Shown here: positions 8,569-20,613 of the stretch, piece by piece
Position numbering within the stretch: the first letter of the stretch is position 1
How the letters are laid out: the number at the start of each line of letters is the position of its first letter
NCBI GenBank assembly: GCA_947458305.1
Contig: CANGZO010000001.1
Coordinates: 1 to 47,171, forward strand
DNA from: Comamonadaceae bacterium
Lineage (GTDB): Bacteria; Pseudomonadota; Gammaproteobacteria; Burkholderiales; Burkholderiaceae_C
Direction of reading: 5' to 3'
DNA: 47,171 nt
Made by a program: the position numbers and the translations under genes
The notes under the pieces: generated by a model
Database searches by the model: none
Seen by the model: only the letters and a program-made list of their open reading frames with translations
Told to the model about the DNA's origin: nothing

Positions 8569-9615
8569 ATGAACCTGTTCAAGTTTTGGGGCCCATCTTG
8601 GCTCACCGCCCTGGCTCTGCTGGGTTTGTCTGCCTGCGTGCCCAGTACGGCCCAAGTCGATTCCTTGCCCGTGCGGGATCATCCGCACAACGTGAGCGCA
8701 CCAGCACCGCTGCCGATTCAATTCGATCTGACAGATGGGCATAGTTTGGCCGGGCGCGTTTGGCACCACCCCCAGCCTCGACACATCGTGCTGGGTGTGC
8801 ATGGCTTCAACGACCACAGCAAGGCATTTGAACCCCTGGCGCAGCATCTGAGAAGCGAATTGGAAGCCACAGTCTATGCCTATGACCATCGCGGATTTGG
8901 AGCCAACCCTTCTCCCGGCATCTGGCCTGGCTCTGACCCTCTGCTGGCCGACCTGAGACAGATCGCCACGCAATTGCGACAGCGCCATCCCGGTTTGCCA
9001 CTCACCGTGGTGGGTGAAAGCATGGGCGGTGCCGTGGTGTGGGTGGCAGCCTCTGAGCCGCCCGGCCTGGTGGCAGACCAATTGGTTCTCAAGGCCCCTG
9101 CTGTCTGGGGTGCCAACAGCATGCCTTGGTACCAAAGGCTGAGCCTGAAATTCATGAATGCCGTGGCCCCCGACATGAGCCTGACTGGCCGTGGCGTTCA
9201 GTCACTGGGCATCACCCCCACCAATGACCCGGATGTTTCGCGCGATCTCAGCCGCGATCCACTTTTTATCAAAGCCACCCGCATCAGCAGCTTGGCCGGC
9301 GTGACCGCGCTCATGGGCAGAGCCCAAGCCCAGAACATCCCACCACCGCAGCGAAGTTTGGTGCTGTACGGCTTGCGCGACCGCATCATCCCAGCGCCAC
9401 CGGTTTGCGATTGGCTCACGCACCTGAGTGCCACTGGTGCGCCCAGCACCGGACTTGATTTTGTGGTCTATCCCGACGGTTGGCACCTTTTGACGCGCCA
9501 ATTGCAAACCCGCGAAGTGCTGCTCGACCTGCAACAGTGGATTGAAAAAACACCTTTGACCCATCGCAAAAATGCCAACCAAGCGCAAGAAGCGGTGTGC
9601 GCCAAACGCCCGTGA
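8569..9615 (+). CDS. Alpha/beta hydrolase (lysophospholipase-like) lipoprotein
   Basis: Lipobox LSAC, VHGFNDH, YDHRGFG, nucleophile GESMGG, YGLRD and GWH as candidate catalytic Asp and His. Confidence 0.85.
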   Translation: MNLFKFWGPSWLTALALLGLSACVPSTAQVDSLPVRDHPHNVSAPAPLPIQFDLTDGHSLAGRVWHHPQPRHIVLGVHGFNDHSKAFEPLAQHLRSELEATVYAYDHRGFGANPSPGIWPGSDPLLADLRQIATQLRQRHPGLPLTVVGESMGGAVVWVAASEPPGLVADQLVLKAPAVWGANSMPWYQRLSLKFMNAVAPDMSLTGRGVQSLGITPTNDPDVSRDLSRDPLFIKATRISSLAGVTALMGRAQAQNIPPPQRSLVLYGLRDRIIPAPPVCDWLTHLSATGAPSTGLDFVVYPDGWHLLTRQLQTREVLLDLQQWIEKTPLTHRKNANQAQEAVCAKRP

Positions 9616-9660
9616 TGCCTATGATGGTGTTCATTTTTTTCATCATCAAAGACTGCCAAC

Positions 9661-10200
9661 ATGTCCGTTCGTGAAATCCTCAAAATGGGCGACACACGCC
9701 TGCTTCGCGTGGCAGAGCCCGTGAGCAACTTCGGCTCGCCACAGCTGCACGCCCTGATTGCCGACATGCAAGACACCATGGCAGCCGTGAATGGCGCCGG
9801 CCTGGCCGCCCCGCAAATAGGCGTCAATCTCCAGCTGGTCATTTTTGGCAGCACGGCCCCGAACCCACGCTACCCTGGCAGGCCATTGGTACCCCGCACA
9901 GTGCTCATCAACCCGGTGATCACGCCTGTGAATACCGACGAAGAAGACGATTGGGAGGGCTGCCTGTCGGTGCCTGGTTTGCGCGGCGTCGTGCCACGCT
10001 GGGCACACATTCGGTACACCGGATTCGATGAAAACGGCAGCCCGATTGACCGCACTGTGGAGGGTTTTCATGCCCGGGTGGTGCAACACGAATGCGACCA
10101 CCTGATCGGCAAGCTCTACCCCATGCGGGTACGGGACTTCACACGCTTTGGCTACACAGACGTGCTGTTCCCCGGTATCAGCGCAGCCGAAGACGATTGA
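9661..10200 (+). CDS. def: Peptide deformylase
   Basis: [13 protein letters not shown] and QHECDHL motifs. Confidence 0.96.
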   Translation: MSVREILKMGDTRLLRVAEPVSNFGSPQLHALIADMQDTMAAVNGAGLAAPQIGVNLQLVIFGSTAPNPRYPGRPLVPRTVLINPVITPVNTDEEDDWEGCLSVPGLRGVVPRWAHIRYTGFDENGSPIDRTVEGFHARVVQHECDHLIGKLYPMRVRDFTRFGYTDVLFPGISAAEDD

Positions 10201-10204
10201 AATT

Positions 10205-13427
<3,223 letters not shown>

Positions 13428-13434
13428 AAGGTCC

Positions 13435-16400
13435 TCAGGCCAGGTCGGCCAATGAGACTGCAGACTCCATGTCCACAGCCACGATGCGTGATACGCCCTG
13501 CTCCTGCATGGTCACGCCGATCAACTGTTCGGCCATTTCCATGGCGATCTTGTTGTGGCTGATGAACAGGAACTGGGTCTCTTTGCCCATACCTTTGACC
13601 AGTTTGGCGTAGCGCTCGGTGTTGGCGTCGTCCAGCGGCGCGTCCACCTCGTCGAGCAAGCAAAACGGGGCCGGGTTGAGCTGAAAAATCGCAAACACCA
13701 GCGCGATGGCCGTGAGGGCCTTTTCGCCGCCAGACAGCAAGTGAATCGTCTGGTTTTTCTTGCCAGGTGGCTGCGCCAGCACCTGCACGCCGGCATCCAG
13801 AATTTCGTCGCCGGTCATGACCAAGCGCGCATTGCCGCCGCCAAACAACTCGGGGAACATGCGGCTGAAGTGCTCGTTCACAATCTTGAAAGTGCCACCC
13901 AGCAACTCGCGGGTTTCAGCGTCGATCTTGCGGATCGCGTCTTCCAGCGTGTTCATCGCATCGGTCAAGTCGGCGCACTGGGAGTCCAAGAACACCTTGC
14001 GTTCGCGCGAAGTGGTCAGCTCTTCCAGCGCGGCCAGGTTGACCGGGCCAAGCGCCGTGATGTCGCGGTGAATGCGGTCGATCTCGCCTTGCAGGCCCGT
14101 CACACGCACCTGACCCGCTTCAATCGAAGCGGCCACGGCCTCCAGGTCGGCTTGCGCATCGGCCAGCAGCTGGGTGTATTGCTCCAGGCCCAGGCGGGCG
14201 GCTTGCTCTTTGAGCTGCAAATCGGTGATGCGTTGGCGCAGCGGGTCGAGTTCGCGCTCGAAGCTCACGCGGCGCTCGTCACTGGCGCGCAGTTTGGCGG
14301 TCAGGTCGTCGTAGGCACTGCGGCAAGCGCCCAGGGCTTGCTCGCGCTCCAGTTTGACGGCCAGCACGTTTTGCAAACCGGCTTGCGCAGCGGCATCGGT
14401 CAAGCGGCTGAGTTCGTCGCGGGCGCGCTGCATTTCAGCGTCGATGCTGGCCACTTGCTGCTGCGCGGTTTCTATCGTGCGGTTGAGCTCGGCGCGGCGG
14501 GCGTTCAGGCTGCGCTGCGAGAACTGGGCTTCTTGCGCCCGACGCTCCAGGCTGCGCTGCTGCTCGCGGCATTCGGACAGCTTACGCTCGGCCTCGATCA
14601 CACGTTCGTCCAGCTGGGCGTGGCGCTCTTGCGTGTCGGCCAGCTGCATGTCCAGCTCTTCAAAACGGGCTTCGGCCGTCACGCGGCGCTCTTGCAGTTC
14701 ATCGAGCAAGGCCTCGACTTCGGCCAAGTCGTTGTTGATCTGCTCGCTGCGGGCACGGGTCTGTGCCACGAGCTGCGACAGGCGCAAGGTCTCGACCTGC
14801 AGCTCGTGCGTGCGCGACTGGCTTTCGCTGGCTTCGCGGCGAACGGTGATCAAGCGTTGCGAGGCATCGGCATAGGCCGCTTCGGCCCGCACCAAGGCGC
14901 TGCGGCTTTCTTCAGCAATCAGGGTCTGGGCACGCAGTTGCTTTTCCAGGTTCTCGATCTCTTGGGCGCGGCCCAGCAAACCGGCTTGTTCGGAGTCTTG
15001 CGCATAGAAAACCACACTGTTGAGTTGAACCGCATGGCCGGCCTGGACCAAGAGGGTTTCACCCGCTTGCAGCTGGCTGCGCCAAGCCAGCGCCTCTTCC
15101 AAATTGGGGGCGGTGTAGCAGCCTTGGAGCCAATCGGCCAGCAGGGCCGACAAGCCGGCATCGTGCACACGCAACAAGTCGGCCAGAGGCTTGCAGCCTG
15201 CGGGCATGCCGCTGCGCGACGCGGCTTTGGCGGCCAAAGGCGGGCTGAAAAAGCTCAGCTTGGCTGGCGGCGCGTCATTGGCAAACGCGCGCACCATGTC
15301 CAGGCGCGAGACTTCCAGGGCCGACAGGCGCTCGCGCAGGGCCGATTCCAGGGCGTTTTCCCAACCCGGCTCGATATGGATGCGACTCCATAAGCCTTCC
15401 AGACCCTCCATGCCGTGCTTGGCCAGCCAGGGTTTGAGCTTGCCGTCGGTGCGCACTTTTTCTTGCAAGGCCTTGAGCGCCTCGATGCGGGCGCTCAGGT
15501 CGGCCAGCTTGGACGACTCTTGGTTCACGGCGGTTTGGCGCGTGCGGCGGTCTTCGTCCAGCGCGGGCACCTGTTCTTGCAAGTCCTGCAGTCGGGCTTC
15601 AGCCTCGGCCGACAGCGCCTCGGCCTCGGCCAGTTGTTCTTGCAAGCTGTGCAGGCGCGCCTCATCGGGCGCGGACAGGGCGTTGCGGTCGGTCAGCAGG
15701 CGCTCGCGGCGGTTTTCAAGCTGGCGCGATTGCTCTTCGACGTTGCGCTGGTCAGCCGCCAGCACGCCAATTTGCTGCTGCACCTGCACCACGCTGGCGC
15801 GTTGGGCGGTGGCGTCGTTTTGGGCTTTGCGCAGGGCTTCTTCCAGGTCGGGCAAGGCCATGGCCTGGTCTTCGACCTGGGCGGCCAGCGTCATGCTCTG
15901 GTCTTCGGCCATGGCCGCTTGCTCTGACAGGGTTTCCAGCTCGGCTTGGGCGTCTTGGCTGCGGGTGCCCCATTGGGCGGTTTGCTCGATCAGCTGCTGC
16001 AAACGCTGCTCGGCGCGTTGGCGCCCTTCCACCACAAAGCGGATTTCGGCTTCCAGACGCCCCACTTCGGCGCTGGCTTCGTACAAAGCGCCTTGCGCCT
16101 GGTTGACCTGGTCACCTGCGGCGTAATGCGCCTGGCGGATGGTCTCCAGATCGGCCTCCACATGCCTCAGATCGGCCATGCGCGACTCCAGCGCATTGAC
16201 CACCTGGTCCACGTCGGACTTCATGCGGCCCTGGTCAGCCTCGGCGTCACGGCGCTTCAAAAACCACAACTGGTGCTGCTTCAGGGTACTGTCGGCCTGC
16301 AAGGCGTTGTAACGACGGGCCACTTCGGCCTGCTTTTCGAGCTTTTCGAGGTTGGCGTTCAGCTCGCGCAGGATATCGTCCACCCGGGTCAGGTTTTCGC

Positions 16401-16962
16401 GGGTGTCGGACAGGCGGTTTTCAGTCTCGCGGCGGCGCTCTTTGTATTTGGAGACGCCGGCAGCCTCTTCAAGAAACAAGCGCAGCTCTTCTGGGCGCGA
16501 CTCGATGATGCGGCTGATCGTGCCCTGGCCAATGATGGCGTAGGCGCGAGGACCCAGGCCCGTGCCCAAAAACACGTCTTGCACGTCCCGGCGGCGCACC
16601 GGCTGGTTGTTGATGTAGTAGCTGCTGTTGCCGTCGCGGGTCAGCACGCGCTTGACGGCGATTTCGGCAAACTGGCCCCATTGCCCACCGGCACGGTGGT
16701 CGGCGTTGTCAAACACCAGCTCCACACTGGCGCGGCTGGCGGGTTTTCGGGTGGTGGTGCCGTTAAAAATCACATCCTGCATGGACTCACCACGCAGCTC
16801 AGACGCTTTGGACTCGCCCAGAACCCATCGCACCGCATCCATGATGTTGGATTTGCCGCAACCGTTCGGGCCGACCACGCCCACCAACTGCCCAGGCAGC
16901 AGGAAGTTGGTCGGTTCGGCGAACGATTTGAAGCCGGAAAGCTTGATGGAATTGAGACGCAC
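13435..16962 (-). CDS. smc: Chromosome segregation protein SMC
   Basis: GTG start RLNSIKLSGFKSF, GPNGCGKSN, long coiled coils, LSGGEK, LDEVDAPLD. Confidence 0.97.
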   Translation of the reverse strand: MRLNSIKLSGFKSFAEPTNFLLPGQLVGVVGPNGCGKSNIMDAVRWVLGESKASELRGESMQDVIFNGTTTRKPASRASVELVFDNADHRAGGQWGQFAEIAVKRVLTRDGNSSYYINNQPVRRRDVQDVFLGTGLGPRAYAIIGQGTISRIIESRPEELRLFLEEAAGVSKYKERRRETENRLSDTRENLTRVDDILRELNANLEKLEKQAEVARRYNALQADSTLKQHQLWFLKRRDAEADQGRMKSDVDQVVNALESRMADLRHVEADLETIRQAHYAAGDQVNQAQGALYEASAEVGRLEAEIRFVVEGRQRAEQRLQQLIEQTAQWGTRSQDAQAELETLSEQAAMAEDQSMTLAAQVEDQAMALPDLEEALRKAQNDATAQRASVVQVQQQIGVLAADQRNVEEQSRQLENRRERLLTDRNALSAPDEARLHSLQEQLAEAEALSAEAEARLQDLQEQVPALDEDRRTRQTAVNQESSKLADLSARIEALKALQEKVRTDGKLKPWLAKHGMEGLEGLWSRIHIEPGWENALESALRERLSALEVSRLDMVRAFANDAPPAKLSFFSPPLAAKAASRSGMPAGCKPLADLLRVHDAGLSALLADWLQGCYTAPNLEEALAWRSQLQAGETLLVQAGHAVQLNSVVFYAQDSEQAGLLGRAQEIENLEKQLRAQTLIAEESRSALVRAEAAYADASQRLITVRREASESQSRTHELQVETLRLSQLVAQTRARSEQINNDLAEVEALLDELQERRVTAEARFEELDMQLADTQERHAQLDERVIEAERKLSECREQQRSLERRAQEAQFSQRSLNARRAELNRTIETAQQQVASIDAEMQRARDELSRLTDAAAQAGLQNVLAVKLEREQALGACRSAYDDLTAKLRASDERRVSFERELDPLRQRITDLQLKEQAARLGLEQYTQLLADAQADLEAVAASIEAGQVRVTGLQGEIDRIHRDITALGPVNLAALEELTTSRERKVFLDSQCADLTDAMNTLEDAIRKIDAETRELLGGTFKIVNEHFSRMFPELFGGGNARLVMTGDEILDAGVQVLAQPPGKKNQTIHLLSGGEKALTAIALVFAIFQLNPAPFCLLDEVDAPLDDANTERYAKLVKGMGKETQFLFISHNKIAMEMAEQLIGVTMQEQGVSRIVAVDMESAVSLADLA

Positions 16963-17110
16963 GGCGGTTCGGTTCGTTGTCGGTTCGGTTGGAGACCAGA
17001 AAAAAGGGCCAGCCCAAATGGCTGACACCGATTAAACGTGAATGTTACCCGACAGGCATGGTGAAAAACGCGCTGACAAGCCCAAGGACCAACAGGTACC
17101 CTCGATCCCG

Positions 17111-17116
17111 GATAAT
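17111..17116 (+). promoter_or_regulatory. Putative sigma70 -10 hexamer of dapC
   Basis: GATAAT ends 6 nt before the ATG at 17123. No clear -35. Confidence 0.45.
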
Positions 17117-17122
17117 TGGGGC

Positions 17123-18337
17123 ATGAATCTCCTCCTCGCCAAGCTGCAACCCTACCCTTTTGAACGGCTAAAGCAGCTGTTCGCCAGCGTCACGCCCAAC
17201 CCAGCCCTGCGCCACATCAGCTTAGGCATTGGCGAGCCCAAGCACGCCACGCCCACCTTCATTCAGGAAGCGCTCAAAAACTCAGTGGCGACTGGCTTGT
17301 CGGCCTACCCGGCGACAGCTGGCGAGCCCAGCCTTCGCAAAGCCTGTGCTGCTTGGCTGCAAACCCGGTACAGCCTGACCCTGAACCCGACCACGCAGGT
17401 GTTGCCCGTCAACGGCTCGCGCGAAGCCCTGTTTGCCCTCACCCAAACCGTGATCGACCCGACCCGCCCTGGCGCCACCGTGGTCAGCCCCAACCCCTTC
17501 TATCAAATCTACGAAGGCGCGGCTTTATTGTCTGGCGCTGAGCCCTATTACGTGCCCAGCGACCCGGCCCGCAACTTTGCCAACGACTGGGACAGCGTGC
17601 CCGCCGAAGTCTGGGCACGCACGCAGCTTTTGTTCGTTTGCTCGCCCGGCAACCCCACGGGTGCGGTCATGCCGCTGTCTGAATGGGAAAAGCTGTTTGC
17701 CCTGTCGGATCAACACGGTTTTGTCATTGCATCCGATGAGTGCTACAGCGAGATTTACTTCCGCGAAGAAGCGCCTTTGGGGGGTCTCGAAGCCGCCCAC
17801 CAACTCGGCCGCACCGACTTCAAGCGCCTGATCGCCTTCACCAGCCTGAGCAAGCGCAGCAATGTGCCAGGCCTGCGCAGCGGCTTTGTAGCGGGCGACG
17901 CGGCCATCATCCAGAAGTTCCTGCTCTACCGCACCTACCACGGCAGCGCCATGAGCCCCGTGGTGCAGGCCGCCAGCGTGGCCGCTTGGGGCGACGAAGC
18001 CCATGTGGTGGACAACCGCAACCAATACCGCACCAAGTTCGCCCAGGTCACCCCCGTGCTGGCCGAAGTGCTGGATGTGAAGCTGCCCGACGCGAGCTTT
18101 TACCTCTGGGCGGGCGTGCCCGCTGGCTGGCAAGGCGACGATGCTGCGTTTGCCCAAGCGCTTCATGAAGCCGAACACGTCACCGTGTTGCCCGGCAGCT
18201 ACTTGGCACGTGATTTCAAGGGCAGCAACCCCGGCCAGGGCCGCATCCGCATGGCGCTGGTGGCCGAGACGGCTGAATGCTTGGAAGCGGCCGAGCGCAT
18301 CGCCCGTTTTGTGCGCGCCCACCCCAATAAGGCTTGA
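17123..18337 (+). CDS. dapC: N-succinyldiaminopimelate aminotransferase
   Basis: LQPYPFERL, GIGEPKH, NGSREALF, SDECYSEIY, SLSKRSN.PGLRSG, YRTYHG. Confidence 0.93.
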   Translation: MNLLLAKLQPYPFERLKQLFASVTPNPALRHISLGIGEPKHATPTFIQEALKNSVATGLSAYPATAGEPSLRKACAAWLQTRYSLTLNPTTQVLPVNGSREALFALTQTVIDPTRPGATVVSPNPFYQIYEGAALLSGAEPYYVPSDPARNFANDWDSVPAEVWARTQLLFVCSPGNPTGAVMPLSEWEKLFALSDQHGFVIASDECYSEIYFREEAPLGGLEAAHQLGRTDFKRLIAFTSLSKRSNVPGLRSGFVAGDAAIIQKFLLYRTYHGSAMSPVVQAASVAAWGDEAHVVDNRNQYRTKFAQVTPVLAEVLDVKLPDASFYLWAGVPAGWQGDDAAFAQALHEAEHVTVLPGSYLARDFKGSNPGQGRIRMALVAETAECLEAAERIARFVRAHPNKA

Positions 18338-18340
18338 ACC

Positions 18341-19519
18341 GTGAACACCATGAACGCCAACATCTGTCACGACACACTGCGCCTGACCGAGCAGCTGATC
18401 TCTAAACCCTCCGTCACCCCCAAGGATGAGGGTTGCCTGGACCTGATTGCCGACGCCCTGAAGCCGCTGGGCTTTGTCTGCGAATTCATGGATTCCGGCC
18501 CCGACACCTTCCGCGTGCGTAACCTGTGGGCCAAACGTGCAGGCACCTCGGGCCAGACCCTGGCCTTTGCCGGACACACCGACGTGGTGCCCACCGGGCC
18601 GCTCGCGCAATGGGACAGCGACCCCTTCACCCCCACCCACAAGGACGGCAAGCTGTTCGGGCGCGGCGCGAGCGACATGAAAACCTCTTTGGCGGCGATG
18701 GTCGTGGCAGTGCAGGAGTTTCTGGCGGCCAACCCCAATCCCGCTTTGGGCATCGCCTTTTTGCTGACCAGCGACGAAGAAGGCCCCGCGCTCGACGGCA
18801 CCGTGATCGTTTGTGAAAAGCTCCAGGCCCGTGGCGAAGCGCCGCAGTTTTGCATCGTGGGCGAACCCACATCTGTGCAACAAACCGGCGACATGATCAA
18901 AAACGGCCGGCGCGGCACCATGAGCGGCAAGCTCACCGTGAAGGGCGTGCAAGGCCACATCGCCTATCCCCACCTGGCCGACAACCCGATTCACCTCTTG
19001 GCCCCGGCTTTGGCCGAACTGGTTGGCATCCGCTGGGACGAAGGCAATGCTTTTTTCCCGCCCACCAGCTGGCAAGTGAGCAACATCCACGCGGGCACCG
19101 GCGCGAGCAACGTGATCCCCGGCGACTGCGTGGTGGACTTCAACTTCCGCTTTTGCACCGAGTCAACACCCGAGAGCCTGCAGCAGCGCCTGACGGCCGT
19201 GCTGGACAAACATGGTTTGAAATACGAGCTTAACTGGACCATGGGTGGTCTGCCTTTTCTGACCACACCGGGAACCTTGGTGGCCGCCATCCAACAAGCG
19301 ATTTCCGACGAGACCGGTCTGACCACGGAGCTGTCCACCACAGGCGGCACCAGCGACGGCCGCTTCATCGCGCAAATCTGCCCACAAGTGATTGAGTTCG
19401 GCCCACCCAACGCGACCATCCACAAGGTCAACGAGCATGTGGCGCTGAGTGACATCGCGCCGCTCAAGGGGGTCTACCGTCGCACGCTGGACAATCTCAA
19501 CGCAGGTCTGTCCGCATGA
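18341..19519 (+). CDS. dapE: Succinyl-diaminopimelate desuccinylase
   Basis: [49 protein letters not shown]. Alternative ATG at 18350. Confidence 0.96.
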   Translation: MNTMNANICHDTLRLTEQLISKPSVTPKDEGCLDLIADALKPLGFVCEFMDSGPDTFRVRNLWAKRAGTSGQTLAFAGHTDVVPTGPLAQWDSDPFTPTHKDGKLFGRGASDMKTSLAAMVVAVQEFLAANPNPALGIAFLLTSDEEGPALDGTVIVCEKLQARGEAPQFCIVGEPTSVQQTGDMIKNGRRGTMSGKLTVKGVQGHIAYPHLADNPIHLLAPALAELVGIRWDEGNAFFPPTSWQVSNIHAGTGASNVIPGDCVVDFNFRFCTESTPESLQQRLTAVLDKHGLKYELNWTMGGLPFLTTPGTLVAAIQQAISDETGLTTELSTTGGTSDGRFIAQICPQVIEFGPPNATIHKVNEHVALSDIAPLKGVYRRTLDNLNAGLSA

Positions 19520-20403
19520 GCGCTTTGACCCTTTCAGGGTTGATCGCGGCATCGGCCGAGCGCCTCACGCAAGCCGGCGTGGCTTTCGGCCACGGCACCC
19601 AGAGCGCTTTTGACGAAGCCGTTTGGCTGGTGCTCTGGCGTCTGGGCCTGCCGCTGGACACCGACTTGGACGAAGTTGACGATCAAGCCAAATATACAGT
19701 CTCGCCCGAGCAGCAAGCGGACTGCGCCGCGCTGATCGACGAACGCATCTCCACCCGCAAGCCGGCTGCCTACCTGACGCAAGAAGCCTGGTTGCAAGGC
19801 GTGTCGTTTTACATCGATGAACGCGCCATCGTGCCACGCAGCCTGATCGCCGAGGTGCTGGCCGACGGGACCATCGACGCCTGGTTGAACGAACAGACAA
19901 AACAAGTACTGGACCTGTGCACCGGCAACGGCAGCTTGGCCGTGTTGGCGGCATTGGCCTGGCCCGAGGTGCAGGTGACTGGGGCCGATATTTCTGACGA
20001 CGCGCTGGCCGTGGCCAAAATCAACGTGGCGCGCCACGAACTGCACGAGCGCGTGACGCTGGTGCACAGCGATGGTCTTTCTGCCTTGCCCGGCCCGTTT
20101 GACTTGATCCTGTGCAACCCGCCTTATGTGTGCCAAGCCAGCATGGACGCGCTGCCTGCCGAGTACCGCGCCGAACCCGAAATGGCCCTGGCCGGTGGCA
20201 CGGACGGCATGGACTTTGTGCGCCAGCTGTTCAAAGATGCCTCATCGCGCATGAGCGAAAACGCGGTCCTGGTGCTGGAAATTGGCAACGAGATTGAACA
20301 CTTTTTGACCGCATTTCCCGAACTCGAAGTCACTTGGCTCGACACCAGTGCCGGAGACGATCAGGTGCTGCTCATCACCAAAGAAGCCCTTCTCACGCTT
20401 TGA
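19516..20403 (+). CDS. prmB: Ribosomal protein L3 N5-glutamine methyltransferase
   Basis: FGHGT..A.DEA, RKPAAYL, VPRS.IAE, DLCTGNG, NPPY. ATGA overlap with dapE. Confidence 0.95.
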   Translation: MSALTLSGLIAASAERLTQAGVAFGHGTQSAFDEAVWLVLWRLGLPLDTDLDEVDDQAKYTVSPEQQADCAALIDERISTRKPAAYLTQEAWLQGVSFYIDERAIVPRSLIAEVLADGTIDAWLNEQTKQVLDLCTGNGSLAVLAALAWPEVQVTGADISDDALAVAKINVARHELHERVTLVHSDGLSALPGPFDLILCNPPYVCQASMDALPAEYRAEPEMALAGGTDGMDFVRQLFKDASSRMSENAVLVLEIGNEIEHFLTAFPELEVTWLDTSAGDDQVLLITKEALLTL

Positions 20404-20613
20404 ACGCCAACCCACCTCAGCGATGGGTTCACGCCAAGCTGCTCAAAATGCCCGCAATAACGCCATGCATCCAGGGCTTGATGCGCCTTCATGGCAGCCG
20501 CCATCCTTTCGCTCCCCGCATCGGCGAAAATAGCGGGTTCTCGAATTTTCAAAACCAGCACTGACTCTGGCCATTGCCCACATTTCCGGATCGGTTCCGG
20601 ACATCCGCTTTTC

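Noticed and set aside
9661-10200. def without an adjacent fmt
   Set aside because: Second def paralogues unlinked to fmt are common in proteobacteria, and the catalytic motifs are intact.
13555-17025. Long antisense ORFs opposite smc, and similar ones opposite dapC/dapE, ABC-F, DUF853, clpA and pheT
   Set aside because: Shadow ORFs expected from GC-rich codon bias. They have no recognisable motifs and fully overlap well-supported genes.
20404-20613. 210-bp spacer before the ABC-F gene, with short ORFs and a TCCGGA-N5-TCCGGA stem, as a possible attenuator like those of antibiotic-resistance ABC-Fs
   Set aside because: No SD-led leader peptide and no terminator with a U-tract. The protein looks like housekeeping YheS.
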